From assembly GCF_006345805.1 (NCBI RefSeq), contig NC_043019.1, positions 1,736,001 to 1,800,000 on the forward strand: a stretch of 64,000 bases of DNA, written 5' to 3'. This document shows positions 1 through 11,914 of this stretch, one piece after another. The notes under the pieces are model-generated. The model searched no databases. It was not told where the DNA came from and saw nothing but the letters and a program-made list of their open reading frames with translations. A program made the translations under genes and the position numbers. Numbering within the stretch: the stretch's first letter is position 1; every line of letters starts with the position of its first letter. Origin of the DNA: Octopus sinensis (taxonomy: Eukaryota).

Positions 1-879
1 ATATATATATTCTCATACATGCACAGACACAAGCACACACAACACACATATTCCTATATATGCTTTCATACAAGACTAATTATTTGACGTGAAATTCTGT
101 TTATGTATATATGTATATATGTTGGTATGCAAACATTTATATACGTGCGCACATATGCATGCATGTATGTACACTATGTGTGTGCATGTATGTATGTATG
201 TAGGCGGATAACAGGTAGAGTCAGTATGGTCTCGTTAGAATTATTTCTAGTATTTCGCCCGACTTTCGACACACTGTGTTCCAATCACTTTGAAGCCAAC
301 TTTATCTTTCATTGCTTGAGTGTCGATAAACAACTTACCTATCAATGGTGATGGATTGGATAAATTGTTAGAATATCGAACGTGGTCACTTGCAGTATCG
401 GTTCTGCATCTGGGCGTTCTGGGTTCAAATCCTGCTGCTTGACAACGAAATATAAAATAAATCCAGTGACACTTCTCTCAGGTAGTTATCAGTAATGGTA
501 AAAAATCCAACGGAAGCTTAGCATTTTTGGTTCGATCACGAAAATGGTTATCACTATCCCTAACTTCTTTGTGGATATGCAGGTAGTTTGGTCGAAAGGT
601 CTATCCATTCCACAGAATAATACAGCTTTCGAAATAATATGAGAATATTTCTGGTCTTGTAGATAGAGTCACATCGTTTTGATTTACGATAGTAAATAAT
701 TCAATCCATTTTACTAATGAGAAAATCTATCAGAAGCTAACTGGTACGATTTTCCCTTCGTAATGCTTGCAGTACAGTTTTGAAGTAGTAACGAACTAAT
801 AAGCGTATATAAGATATTATATAACAGGGAGATAATATACACTTCGAGAATATTCTCAGGGATGCTCTTAAATATTCTG

Positions 880-1126
880 TTTCATTCTGCAGCCATGCCC
901 GTCTCATAAGGGCCGGTTTCCTGGTTACAGTGGTGTAGAAATTCCCCACCTAGACGGGACGCCGATCCGTCGCAGGATTACTCATTTTTGCCAGCTGAGT
1001 GGACTGGGGCAACGTGAAATGAAGAGTTTTGCTCAAGAACACAACGCAACACCCGGTCCAGGAATCGAAACCACACTCTTACGATCATGAATCCAACACC
1101 CTAACCACTAAGCCATGCGCCTCCAG
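880..1126 (-). mobile_element. tRNA-derived SINE, family B (short variant)
   Basis: Minus strand reads GGAGGCGCATGGCTTAGTGGTTAGGG (A box) and GGTTTCGATTCC (B box). 13-bp TSD CTTAAATATTCTG at 867-879 and 1127-1139. Confidence 0.85.
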
Positions 1127-1340
1127 CTTAAATATTCTGAGGTTTCTAATAAAATTTATTCCAAAGACGACGCCAATTCACTGACAGCATAAATAATTCC
1201 AAATAGAATTATTTCAAATATAATTATTTCAAATATTGAATTTAAAAAATGACACCAAAATGTGAAATATAAATCAATAGAAGTAAATTAATAACATTGT
1301 GACAAATGCGTTCTTATAATATAATAGAAAGTGCTTGTCA

Positions 1341-1745
1341 CCTGAGGCGGCGAGCTGTCAGAAAGGTTAGCACGCCGGGCGAAATGCGTAGCCGTATTTC
1401 TTCTGCCGTTACGTTCTGGGTTCAGATTCCCCCGAGGTCGACTTTGCCTTTCATCCTATCGGGGTCGATAAATTAAGTACTGGTTACGAACTGGGGTCGA
1501 TATAATCGACATAATCCGTGTTTCTGTCCTTGTTTGTCCTCTCTGTGTTTAGCCCTTGTGGGTAGTAAAGAAATAGGTATTTCGTCTGTCGTTACATTCT
1601 CTGTTTAAATTCCGGTGAGGTAGACTTTGCTTTTCATCCTTTCGGGGTCGATAGATTAAGTATTAATTACGCACTGGGGTCGATATAATCCACTTAAACC
1701 CTTTGTCTGTCCCTGTTTGTCCCCTTGTGGGCAATAATGAAAAAA
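1341..1745 (+). mobile_element. tRNA-derived SINE, family A (Meta-like core), head-to-tail dimer
   Basis: Head GGCGGCGAGCTG, then body GTCGACTTTGCCTTTCATCC..GGGGTCGAT present twice about 183 bp apart. One 15-bp TSD AGAAAGTGCT(T/C)GTCA at 1326-1340 and 1746-1760. Confidence 0.85.
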
Positions 1746-2103
1746 AGAAAGTGCTCGTCAGTTAGAGTATTAAACGTTTTCGACTGCCCCACTGTTATGT
1801 ATATGTATGTATATATATATATATATATATATATGTAAGTATGTATGTATGCATGTATGTATGTGTGTGTTTGTATATATATATACATGTGTGTGAGTGT
1901 GTGTGTGTATGTATATATGCATATGTAAATATATATATGAATGTATGTAGGTATTATGCATGTATATACATGTATGTTGGAGCAAATAGGAAAAATAGAA
2001 CGAGTAATAAGAGTATATGCATATTCTAATTAATGTTTAGACTGACTCAAGGTCCGAGAGTTTTGTGTGTTGGCACGGTCCTTGAGTATGCTTGAAAAAT
2101 AAT

Positions 2104-2960
2104 GATTTGTGGAGTTAAGTCCTAAGATATTAATCATATCATAAGCAGTTGTCCGAAAACGTCATAACGTTATTATCTACTGATGAAACATGATTTTGTA
2201 GGTAGGACACAGTGTAAAAGAAATTCGTCGGAAGTATAACTCTGAGGACAAAGATATAAGAACCCACAGTATGGTAGAAAGCATAGCCTCTCATAATAAA
2301 AATGAGTACTGGTGAAATGTCCCAATGAAACTTCAATAACATCTAAATACAATAATGCTTTGAGATTAGAGAAGAGAAATTGTGTAAAGTTGTAGAAATC
2401 AGCTGCCTAGGGGATGTTAACAGAGAGCTGAAGATCAGTGAAAACTATTGAGAAATCTGTAGTTAATCTATGTAGATTACAAGTTCAATTTTATAGCTGT
2501 AATTATTGGGACACTGGGATATATAATACAGTAATACATTGCCTGAATACCAGTCTTGAAAAATTTGGCTTCTCAAAACCAGAAAGGAATCAGCTGATTC
2601 GGAGACTACAAATCCAATCTATCACTGAATCTGTAAAAGGAGAGTATTGTAGTTCGCTTGAAGCATTGTGTATTGTTTGTAAAGAACAAAAAAGTTTTGA
2701 ATGGTACAACAATGCACTATAATATAGACAATGGGCTATGTATACCTGTTGTAAATTAGCCATCCATAGTCTGATATGATATTTCGGAATAATATTCCTT
2801 CTGCAGATGGAGTCGCTGCTATAATCGGTTGACTAAATTACAACAGGTATATATCCCATTGTCTGTATTATAGTGCATTGTTGTACCATTCAAAACCTTT
2901 TATTCTTTAGAAACTGTAAAAGTTTGTAAAACTTTCCAGAAGTTTATCGTTGAAGCATAT
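2104..2960 (+). pseudogene. Degenerate 3' end of an RLE-type non-LTR retrotransposon ORF (R4/Dong/NeSL-like): CCHC knuckle plus restriction-like endonuclease
   Basis: Hand translation across stops and frameshifts: ICGVKS*DINHIISSCP..KHD..EIRRKYNSEDKDIRTHSMVESIASHNKNEYW..VVEISCLGDVNRELKIS..VIIGTLGY..LNTSLEKFGFSKPERNQLIRRLQIQSIT, resuming after an insert as TVKVCKTFQKF. Confidence 0.75.
2640..2913. repeat. Fold-back insertion inside the RLE LINE
   Basis: About 85-bp inverted arms at 2676-2762 and 2829-2913. Flanking direct repeat CTGTAAAAG at 2631-2639 and 2914-2922. Confidence 0.75.
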
Positions 2961-3029
2961 GAGAATGTCTATATATGCAAGTACATACGTGAAAAAACAT
3001 AGATAAAACAAAACATACAAATCTGCACG

Positions 3030-3115
3030 TATACATACATACATACATACATACATACATACATACATACATACATACATGCATGCATGCATGCATGCAT
3101 ACATACATACGTACA
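3030..3115. repeat. (CATA)n/(CATG)n microsatellite
   Basis: Direct reading. Confidence 0.95.
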
Positions 3116-3491
3116 TACTTTGCTGTTGTTGTTGAAATTCCAATGATGGAACTTTGGATCTAGGTTTGAAATCGACTCTTTCTCTATTGGCAAGACATTT
3201 TCAAATAAAATTGAATAATGTCATACGTACATACATGCATACACACACAAGAGAAAGAAAATGCCATTTTCAAGACGTTATTATTAATCACTACCATCGT
3301 TTCGATCCATTGTGCAACAGTGCCTTGCAGTTGAAATGCTGTATAAACAGTTGTGGTGAATCGTTGGAAGAGATGATCTTCGCCAGGTGACTTGTCTAAA
3401 TGTACCTCGATTTTTAATCTCTGTTTCGCTTATTTCGATTAGAAACTCCAACACACGAGAAATTTAACTTAAAATGAAGAAGACTTCCCAT

Positions 3492-3880
3492 GGGAAGCAC
3501 TCCTTCGGTTACGACGACGACGAGGGTTCCGGTTGATTCGAATCAACGGAACAGCCTGCTCGTGAAATTAACGTGTATGTGGCTGAGCACTCCACAGACA
3601 CGTGTACCCTTAACGTAGTTCTCGGGGATATTCAGCGTGACACAGAGAGTGACAAGGCCGGCCCTTTGAAATACAAGGTACAACAGAAGCAGGAAGTAAG
3701 AGTGAGAGAAAGTTGTGGTGAAAGAGTACAGCAGGGATCACCACCATCCCCTGCCGGAGCCTCGTGGAGCTTTAGGTGTTTTCGCTCAATAAACACTCAC
3801 AACGCCCGGTCTGGGAATCGAAACCGCGATCCTACGACCGCGAGTCCGCTGCCCTAACCACTGGGCCATTGCGCCTCCAC
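3492..3880 (-). mobile_element. tRNA-derived SINE, family B, full length
   Basis: Head GGAGGCGCAATGGCCCAGTGGTTAGGGCAGCGGACTCGCGGTCGTAGGATCGCGGTTTCGATTCCC; tail ..GTCGTCGTAACCGAAGGAGTGCTTCC. TSD AGAAGACTTC at 3478-3487 and 3881-3890. Confidence 0.9.
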
Positions 3881-5390
3881 AGAAGACTTCTCATATACAC
3901 ACACAAGCACATTCAATACACAATGTGCACAAAATAAATATTACTGAGATTATTACGGTATTGCTGATATGGTAACGAAATAAAATAATTAAGCTTCCCT
4001 CTTGATACCTCGTTTTTTTAAATATCAGAATGTGTATGTGTATGTGTATGCTTATAAGTGTGTGTGAATACGGCCATGCGTCTGTATGTAGGGGTGTGAT
4101 CACGTTGTGTTATGCGTGTGAGTGCTTCAAATCATGCGGTATGTGTAACTGTGTGTGTGTGTGTGTGTGTATGTGCGAGTGTTTAAAATCGTGCGGTAGG
4201 TGTATGTGTGCGTTTCTGTGTAGGATCTCGAGTGACTGCGAACGTGTGTTTTTTAAACAGGTGTGGATGTATTTCAGTTTGTACTCATGAATGCACGTTC
4301 GATCACAAGTGTGCGTAGATAATGTGTGTGTGTATGTCTGAGACCAAATGGTATGTGTGTGACCATGTTTGTGTGTGAACAAGTGTGTGATCATATGACC
4401 AAGCCTGTGTGTGATGGCTTTTGTCTCGTATATGTGGATGAGCGTATGTGTATGTATGAGCATGTATGTGTGTGTATGTGTGAGTGTGTGAGTTTGTGTG
4501 CATGTTTTTGTGTGTGTGTGGTTGTATTCTCATCTGCAATTTAAAGTATGAAGTATCATCCAAATGTTTAAAGTTTAAAAGAAATCCGCCTTCAGGTTTC
4601 TGTAGAAATCAGATGTTCATAAAATAATATAATTAATTATCAAAGTTGAGTGGTTTATATTTTGTGCAATGTGAAGAGAGTTTTCTATTTGTATTCGTTT
4701 CGTTTCATTTTAATTTCATTCTGCTTTTTTTAGAATTTTATCAACATATTTTGGTCCGTTGCTTAAGTAACAACGTCAGCCCACCCACCAACTAATTGGA
4801 ATTTTCGCCGTTTCATCACGACAGAGAGCTGTAGCTGCTAATTCCAGTGTAATCAAAGACTGGATAAATATCTTTATTTTGGAAAACATGAATTCCCAAA
4901 CGGAAAATACAATTTCTAATTCGCAATCGTTTAATATAAAGTGACGTTAGACATCGAATACGTATATGCATTAGTCAATTAGAAATAAATATGGGGTTTG
5001 TATATTTATTAAACATGTCAGCGGTTTTAGGTTTCCTAAGAGTCAAACACTAGTTCAATGAACATGTGATGATAGGGGACTTTTCTTGAACTCGGTAGAG
5101 AAAAAATATCACAAAGGGCTTCTTTCGACAAACCTTGATTTTTTTTTTGGTTTATTTGCTGTTGTGCACAACTTACACTGTTATACAAAGGCAAAAACAG
5201 AACACACACGCATTCACACGCACACACGCACATGCGGAAAGAAACACACGCATGCGGACACAAACACACACATATATGTGTGTTGAGTACTTGTGTGTGA
5301 GTGTGAGTTGTGTGTGTACATGTGTGTTTACGTGTGTGTGTGTGTGTGTGTGCGCGTGCGTGTGTTGTAGCGTGTGGTATGGAATATAAA

Positions 5391-5540
5391 TTCCGCCGAG
5401 GTCAACTTTACCTTTGATCTTTTCGGGGTCGATAAATTAAGTACCAGTTACGCACTGGGGTCGATGTAATCGACTTAATACCTATGTCTGTCCTTGTTTG
5501 TCCCCTCTGTGTTTAGCCCCTTGTGGGTAATAAAGAAATA
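5391..5540 (+). mobile_element. 5'-truncated family A SINE
   Basis: Family A body and tail. 15-bp TSD GGTATGGAATATAAA at 5376-5390 and 5541-5555. Confidence 0.85.
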
Positions 5541-6118
5541 GGTATGGAATATAAAAAATAAAAAATAAATGATGAAAAATAAAAATTAGTAATAATAATA
5601 AAAATAATAAATGTGAATAAATCAGTAACAGAAGAGAGGGGAAAATTCGGTAACAGAAATAGAATCAGTAACATAGAATAAATAAAGATTATTAAATTTA
5701 TGTTTTTAATTTTAAAAAACATTTTGTAAAATGTTTGTTTTATTAAAAACGGGCGTGGGATAAGTCACTGAGACGAGAGGGTTGCGTCGAGTCCGAAAGG
5801 AGTGTGAGTACGTAGAATGACAATGTTGTTCCAGGCGGAGTCTAAAGTTGGTGACTCCATGGTGTAAGGGCATTGCCAACTTTCCCAAGGACGTCAAAAA
5901 TTCATTTTCGGAACTGGATCTCCAAGCATATAAATTTTGGGTTGGAAAGAAACTTTTGGACAGAAGAAGTCGGAGATATGGCATAACAAGAGTTGTACTA
6001 ATGGATCAGAGCATGTCCACAGAATACGTGAGTCCGAGTCCGGCGTAACATCCGAATTTGTCTGTGCGAAAGGTTCCTTTTTCCAATACAATGCTATTAT
6101 TTATAGTTTTACATAGTG

Positions 6119-6442
6119 AAGGCGCGTGGCTTAGAGGTTAGGGCATTCGGCTCACGATCGCAAGGTCAGGGGTTCGATTCCCGGCGAAGCGTTGTCTCCT
6201 TGAGCAAGACGCTTTATTTCACATTGCTCCAGTCTACTAGCTGGCAAAAATGAGTTGTACCTGTATTTGAAAGGGCCGGCCTTGTCACACTCTGTGTCAT
6301 GCTGAATCTCCCTGAGAGCTATGTTAGGGGTACACGCGTCTGTGGATTGCTCAATCACTTGCACGTTAATTTCACGGGCAGGCTGTTCCGTACATCGTAT
6401 CAGATGGGACCCTTGTCGTCGAAACCGACGGAGTACTCCACA
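6119..6442 (+). mobile_element. tRNA-derived SINE, family B variant
   Basis: A/B-box head GGCGCGTGGCTTAGAGGTTAGGG..GGTTCGATTCCC, with the same 3' half as 3492-3880. Confidence 0.85.
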
Positions 6443-6756
6443 TGTTCATTAAGATCTAGTTTTGCTGAAGCAACGAGGGGAAGTAACTGAAAGTGCCCAG
6501 TGTCATGGCATCAAAGGTGAGCAAAACAATCTTGTATCTCAAGGAAGAGAAATCCTTGACTTATCGAAATATGTGTCGTTTCGAAATAAACGAAACCAAA
6601 TGCCTAGCAGCAATCGTGATCGACTCCAACTTGCCATCGACTCCGAATTCCGATCGAGTCCGAATGAGAAACGGATTTAATCTCAAGAAACGAGAATTTC
6701 TCAAAGTTCAAGAAATGGCATGCCTATCCAAAGAATATGCCTAGCTGTTTGTTTAT

Positions 6757-7090
6757 GTAGTAGTAGTAATACTGATACTCTGTCGGTTGCGACGATTACG
6801 GTTCTCGTTGATCCGATAAACGGAACAGGCTGCTCGTGAAACTAACCTGCATGTGGCCGAGTGCTCCACTGATATGCGTGTCCGTAACGTAGTTCTCAGG
6901 GGGAATCAGTGTAACACAAAGACTGACAAGGCCGGTCCTTTCAAATACAGGTCCATTTCCTTTTCGCCAGCTGAATAGACTGGATCAGCGTGAAATAAAA
7001 TGTTTTGATCAAGGATACAATACGCCGCCGGTGATCGATCTCACAACCTAACGATCGTAAGCTGATTACACTAACCACAAAGCCACGCGC
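6757..7090 (-). mobile_element. tRNA-derived SINE, family B variant (diverged)
   Basis: Diverged homolog of 6119-6442 in the opposite orientation, with a (TAC)n tail. Confidence 0.75.
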
Positions 7091-7262
7091 AGTCAACTGG
7101 TGATGCTGTCTCAACTTAAGTACAGAATCATGTATCTGGAGAACGAATAACTTGGCCACGTTGGCAGGACATTGTCCAGAGGAAATCTATGGCCTGCAGA
7201 ACACACTCACAGCATACCTCAGATGACGGAATAAAAACCAATTGAGATTTTATCGACTGTAA

Positions 7263-7846
7263 TGCAAGTAAACTTAAAGAAATTGCACCCATTATCAATA
7301 AGGAAACCTCAAAAGAATTCGAATTCTTTTGGGCCTGAAAACCCATTTATTGAAAAAAATATGGCTTCTTCTAACTGAAAGGTATTTCTGAGTTATCAGA
7401 AAAGAAATGCAAGTAAACTTAAAGAAATTGCACCCATTATCACTAATGAAACCTCAAAAGAATTCGAATTCTTTTGGGCCTGAAAACCCATTTATTGAAA
7501 AAAATATGGCTTCTTCTAACTGAAAGGTATTTCTGAGTTATCAGAAAAGAAATGCAAGTAAACTTAAAGAAATTGCACCCATTATCACTAATGAAACCTC
7601 AAAAGAATTCGAATTCTTTTGGGCCTGAAAACCCATTTATTGAAAAAAATATGGCTTCTTCTAACTGAAAGGTATTTCTGAGTTATCAGAAAAGAAATGC
7701 AAGTAAACTTAAAGAAATTGCACCCATTATCACTAATGAAACCTCAAAAGAATTCGAATTCTTTTGGGCCTGAAAACCCATTTATTGAAAAAAATATGGC
7801 TTCTTCTAACTGAAAGGTATTTCTGAGTTATCAGAAAAGAAATGCA
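7263..7846. repeat. 145-bp tandem repeat, 4 copies
   Basis: TGCAAGTAAAC recurs at 7263, 7408, 7553 and 7698; the array ends at TGCA 7843. Units 2-4 look identical. Confidence 0.95.
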
Positions 7847-9510
7847 TTTCTTGTCAAGTACATGCCAGCCATTACTTTTTATTGTTGAATCATGATATTC
7901 CTTTACAACCATAGTGTAACAGAAAGAAGATATAAAAAAAAGAAAATGTGAGAATTACACCTTCAGACGATAAGTTTTCAATTTCGAAGTATGATATTGT
8001 ATGGAGAATATGGTTATAAATGATATTAATTCAGTCATTCTCGTGAAATGTTGCACACGTTTTCAAAAATTTAATATACGTACACCCATACTCACACACA
8101 CATACATACATAGGCGCATATACATACGCTCATACACATAACACATAGATATATACACACATACATATATATAAAGCATGGCGATGCAAACTGGAAAAAT
8201 AGAGCTCAAAATAGGAGTATATGTTTACTTATATTTTATATATATATGTGTGTGTGTGTATAATGTATACACACAAACAAACACATACATACACACACAC
8301 ACAAATATACATATGTCTATATAAACAAATAATAACAGATGGATTGTGGTTTCACTTCAGCTGTTTCTGACCTGTTTTTTTTTTTTTGTTATTGATGGAT
8401 AGAAGTATTACTCAGTCTGAAGAAGCCTGTAAGGATTAAATATTTTGAACATCTCATTCCAAAGTGATATTTGTGGTCGGTAGCGTCAAAAATGGCACTT
8501 TTTGATTCGAAATGTGATGTTCAAAATATTTAATTCTTGCATATATTCATCTGAGGAAAACATCTCTTTTGAATTATGTAGGACAAGAACGCAAAACATC
8601 CGGACAGTTATGTGATACAAAATTGGGATAACTAAACATCCAGATAGGCAACAAAGTCGGGTGGGTTACACATCTGTAGTTATGCCAATTTTGTTTGTGT
8701 ACTTGCTTGCGTGCGTGCTTGTCTGTAATATAATACGGTCAAACTGGCGTATAATGGGAAAATACTCTGAAAGTAAGGTACACCTGAAATGTGAATACAA
8801 CGAAATATAACAAGTTTCGTGTAAATCGGACCACGGATTCCCGAAATATGCGGGGTTTTGGGATACCTTCATAAATAGCCAAAACTTTTTTTTTCTAGTT
8901 TTAGCTCAGAGCTGCGGTCATGCTGATACACCGCTATTAAATAAAGGGAAAATACTACAAAAGTAACATCACTCTGAAATGGGAAAACTGTTTCCATTAA
9001 TTTTATGTTTACGTTATATAACAATTCCGTTTGCATTTTTGTAGAAATGTGCACATACGCCATACATAAATGCTATTACCGGAGTTCAAGTTTATCGCGG
9101 AAGTTCTAATTCAATTAGATGTTGTAAATAATCAATAAAACCTGAAACATGAACTTCTAAACCAGACCTATGTTGACACGAACGAATTGAAATATTTAAC
9201 TGAAGCATTATAAAATCAACTTTCATTTCAGTGCAATGTTGAAATCAGCTTCAGTGTTTTGCCCCCACCTCATTCAAGCAAAGCATCTGAGAAGCAACGG
9301 GTCACGGGTAGTCTAGACATTACAATAAAACTGAATCAATGAAAACTTAGCAGAAACAATTCCTAAATATTTCTATTGTCACCAAACCGCAGTGACCATT
9401 GCCATGCAAATTAGATTGAAATTTCCTGCAAATTATTCGGGAAAATATGGCTAATATCAAATTGCAAACGTCTAATAATGATTGTCAGGTTTCATATATT
9501 ATAGGAATAA

Positions 9511-9776
9511 CAAGGGGCGGTGAGCTGGCAAAAACTTTAGCGCGTCGGGCGAAATGTTTAGAGGTATTTCGTCTGCAGCTACGTTCTGAGTTCAAATTCC
9601 ACCGAGGTCGACTTTGCCTTTCATCCTTTCGGGGTCGATTAAATAAGTACCAGTTACGTACTGGGTCGATTAAATAAGTACCAGTTACGTACTGGGGTCG
9701 ATGTAATCGACTTAATCTGTTTGTCTGTCCTTGTTTACCCCCTCTATGTTTCGCCCCCTGTGGGCAATAAAGAAAT
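9511..9776 (+). mobile_element. Family A SINE with an internal ~31-bp duplication
   Basis: Head GGGGCGGTGAGCTGGCA. 17-bp TSD ATATATTATAGGAATAA at 9494-9510 and 9777-9793. Confidence 0.9.
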
Positions 9777-9962
9777 ATATATTATAGGAATAAGTAAACA
9801 TATATCATATCAACATAGAGAGAGAAAGTAATGAATAACTATTTGCCGTTTAAATACTTGGAAATAGGGTACGTTCAATGAGCAGTAATTCCACTATCTC
9901 TGTTTTAGAAATATACTTCTGTGGATGTGTGTGCGTGTGTGTGTGTTTGCGTGCATTATATA

Positions 9963-10649
9963 TTTTTCTCGTTTGAGAGAAGCCAAATCAAATCTTCTTC
10001 TGCTGGATTTCACAGTTTGTTTGAGAGCATTTTAGATCTGACGTAATGATTTTCTTTTACTTTTTCTAACATAAATTGCCCTTTCCTCCTCATATAAGAT
10101 TTATATCTGATGTCTTCGTGGAAAACAATTCTGACTGTTCCTTCTGACATATGAAAATCTTTTGCAATTGGATATAATCCAAACATTTTGTTCCCTGTAT
10201 TACCCTAAGTCGCCGGGTTCAGCTAGAAGAATCCATCTTGCGATTGTTTGTTACGATTGTTTCATTCTAATGACATGTTCATTGGACAGAAACTATAACT
10301 TCTCAATGCAAAGTAGCGCATCGACGGGAGACACTCCTTGAGCCACGATTTTACTACGCTTTCCAGTATTCCAGAGCGTACATGGTGCTGAGTCAAAGCT
10401 GGGAGGCGGACTACGGCAGGAGTGTATATTGTTGACCCTCTTTTTTTATAATTTTCATGAACAAGATTTACATGTGCGGCCGTTGTGGGAGTGATAGTCC
10501 AATCGGTAGTATGGGATTGGTCAGCTGATATTTTCAGCACTCGGCAGCTGAATGAGTCCGCTGTCGAGTGCTGCTAGACGGGGATGAGAATTAGTTTTGC
10601 GAAGACTGAGATATTGGTCCTTTCTAAAATGCTTTTCCAGTGTACCCTG
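9963..10649 (-). pseudogene. Tc1/mariner (maT/DD37D-like) 5' half, degenerate
   Basis: Minus-strand IAKDFHMSEGTVRIVFHEDIRYKSYMRRKGQFM..NKL*NPAEEDLIWLLSNEKN. Putative TIR start TA|CAGGGT at 10649 is tentative. Confidence 0.6.
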
Positions 10650-10879
10650 TATGTTAGTGGAACATCATTGAGATAACAAATACATAGAACTGAAAAACCC
10701 CTACCCCGAATAAATTATTAAGTGGGGTAACGTTTGAAAAATACGCAGTAGCTGGTTGGACAAAAGGAACTAGATCAATGCATTAGAGCAAACCCTAGAT
10801 ATCATCCTCTTATTCTTCATCCTTCTTTCCTGACCAGATTTTGAACCGACTTACTGCTTCGGTTTCTATGAAATTAAAT

Positions 10880-11251
10880 GGATCTTTTCGGTTTGAACGG
10901 CAGTTTTTAACATAATTTCTAGGTAACTAAAAATTTTAAAACTTCGTATACTGGTAGAATGTGTTTATAAAACATCTCTTGGTATTATTGAGAAAATTCT
11001 ATAGTTTGTAAGATACGTCCATTGAGATAAAAAACATTCTGTGCCGTATGAATACGTCCCTCGTTTAAGAAACGGATTGGGTTTATTTACTTTTGTGAAG
11101 AAAAAAAGATACCCTTCCCCACACCTAACCCTAACTAACCCTAACCTTAAAACAGATTGAAATGCAATAGATCGATACTAGGGTCATAATTATGGGTGAC
11201 AATTCCATATGACACCGCTAGAAAAACCTGCCGTTCAAACCGAAAAGATCC
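10880..11251 (+). mobile_element. Merlin-like MITE, copy 1
   Basis: About 24-bp TIR GGATCTTTTCGGTTTGAACGGCAG. Perfect 8-bp TSD AATTAAAT at 10872-10879 and 11252-11259. Strand label is arbitrary. Confidence 0.85.
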
Positions 11252-11914
11252 AATTAAATTCATGTACTTTAAACATCATGAATTCTTTCTATCTAAGCTT
11301 CACCACTTACAAAAGATGAACTAATTAAAAATGTGCTAATTTTCTGTTGCAAACTAACTTTCACATGAAGTAAACCTAAATAGAACGGTTAGACAGGTCT
11401 ACAAGAGTATCTACGTGCCCCTCACTAACATTCGTAAAGAATTTCCGCTTGTTACGAAAGCTGGGAAAGGTTAACTTAATAGGCAGTTACTTTGATAGTT
11501 GTCTGAGCTTCGAAAAGATTTTCTTGTACTGTTCATCTGCTGTGATGATTACACACAGTCTCAAGAGCTTCAAGGAATAATTATGGACTTTAATTATATC
11601 AAACTGAATACAGCTTGAACAACTCGCAATACAGAATCAAGCTGTGTTAATAAATCTCAAGTATAGAAAAATTATGCAAAAACGAAAATGCTGCTCTTGT
11701 TGAAAACTCCAACAGATGTTACGTTGGTGTGTTGTCTGAAGATCTGTATACATCAGTTATTAACAAATAGTTTGAAAGGTAAATTTAAAACAATTCACCC
11801 CATCATGCTGTTGCTGTCCTAAACCCGAAAACAAATAGGTTGAAAGGTAATTTTAAAACAATTCCATGCATTATATACTGTAAAGAAAAAGTGTTTTGTA
11901 TAGAGATATTACAC

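Noticed and set aside
3800-3880. tRNA-like sequences with A/B boxes (also near 1050, 6120, 20730, 33860, 35360, 44830, 57560)
   Set aside because: They are SINE heads joined to SINE bodies and lack a proper acceptor stem, so they are not tRNA genes.
7263-7846. CRISPR-like array
   Set aside because: Head-to-tail identical 145-bp units without unique spacers, in a eukaryotic context.
8640-8900. Helentron/HINE-like fragment (AAGTTTCGTGTAAATCGGACC..)
   Set aside because: Resemblance is from memory only; termini could not be defined.
11491-11603. Possible minus-strand exon FDIIKVHNYSLKLLRLCVIITADEQYKKIFSKLRQLS between TTCAG and GTAACT
   Set aside because: Short, weak donor, and no recognisable homology. 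It needs RNA-seq or tBLASTn and cannot be excluded.
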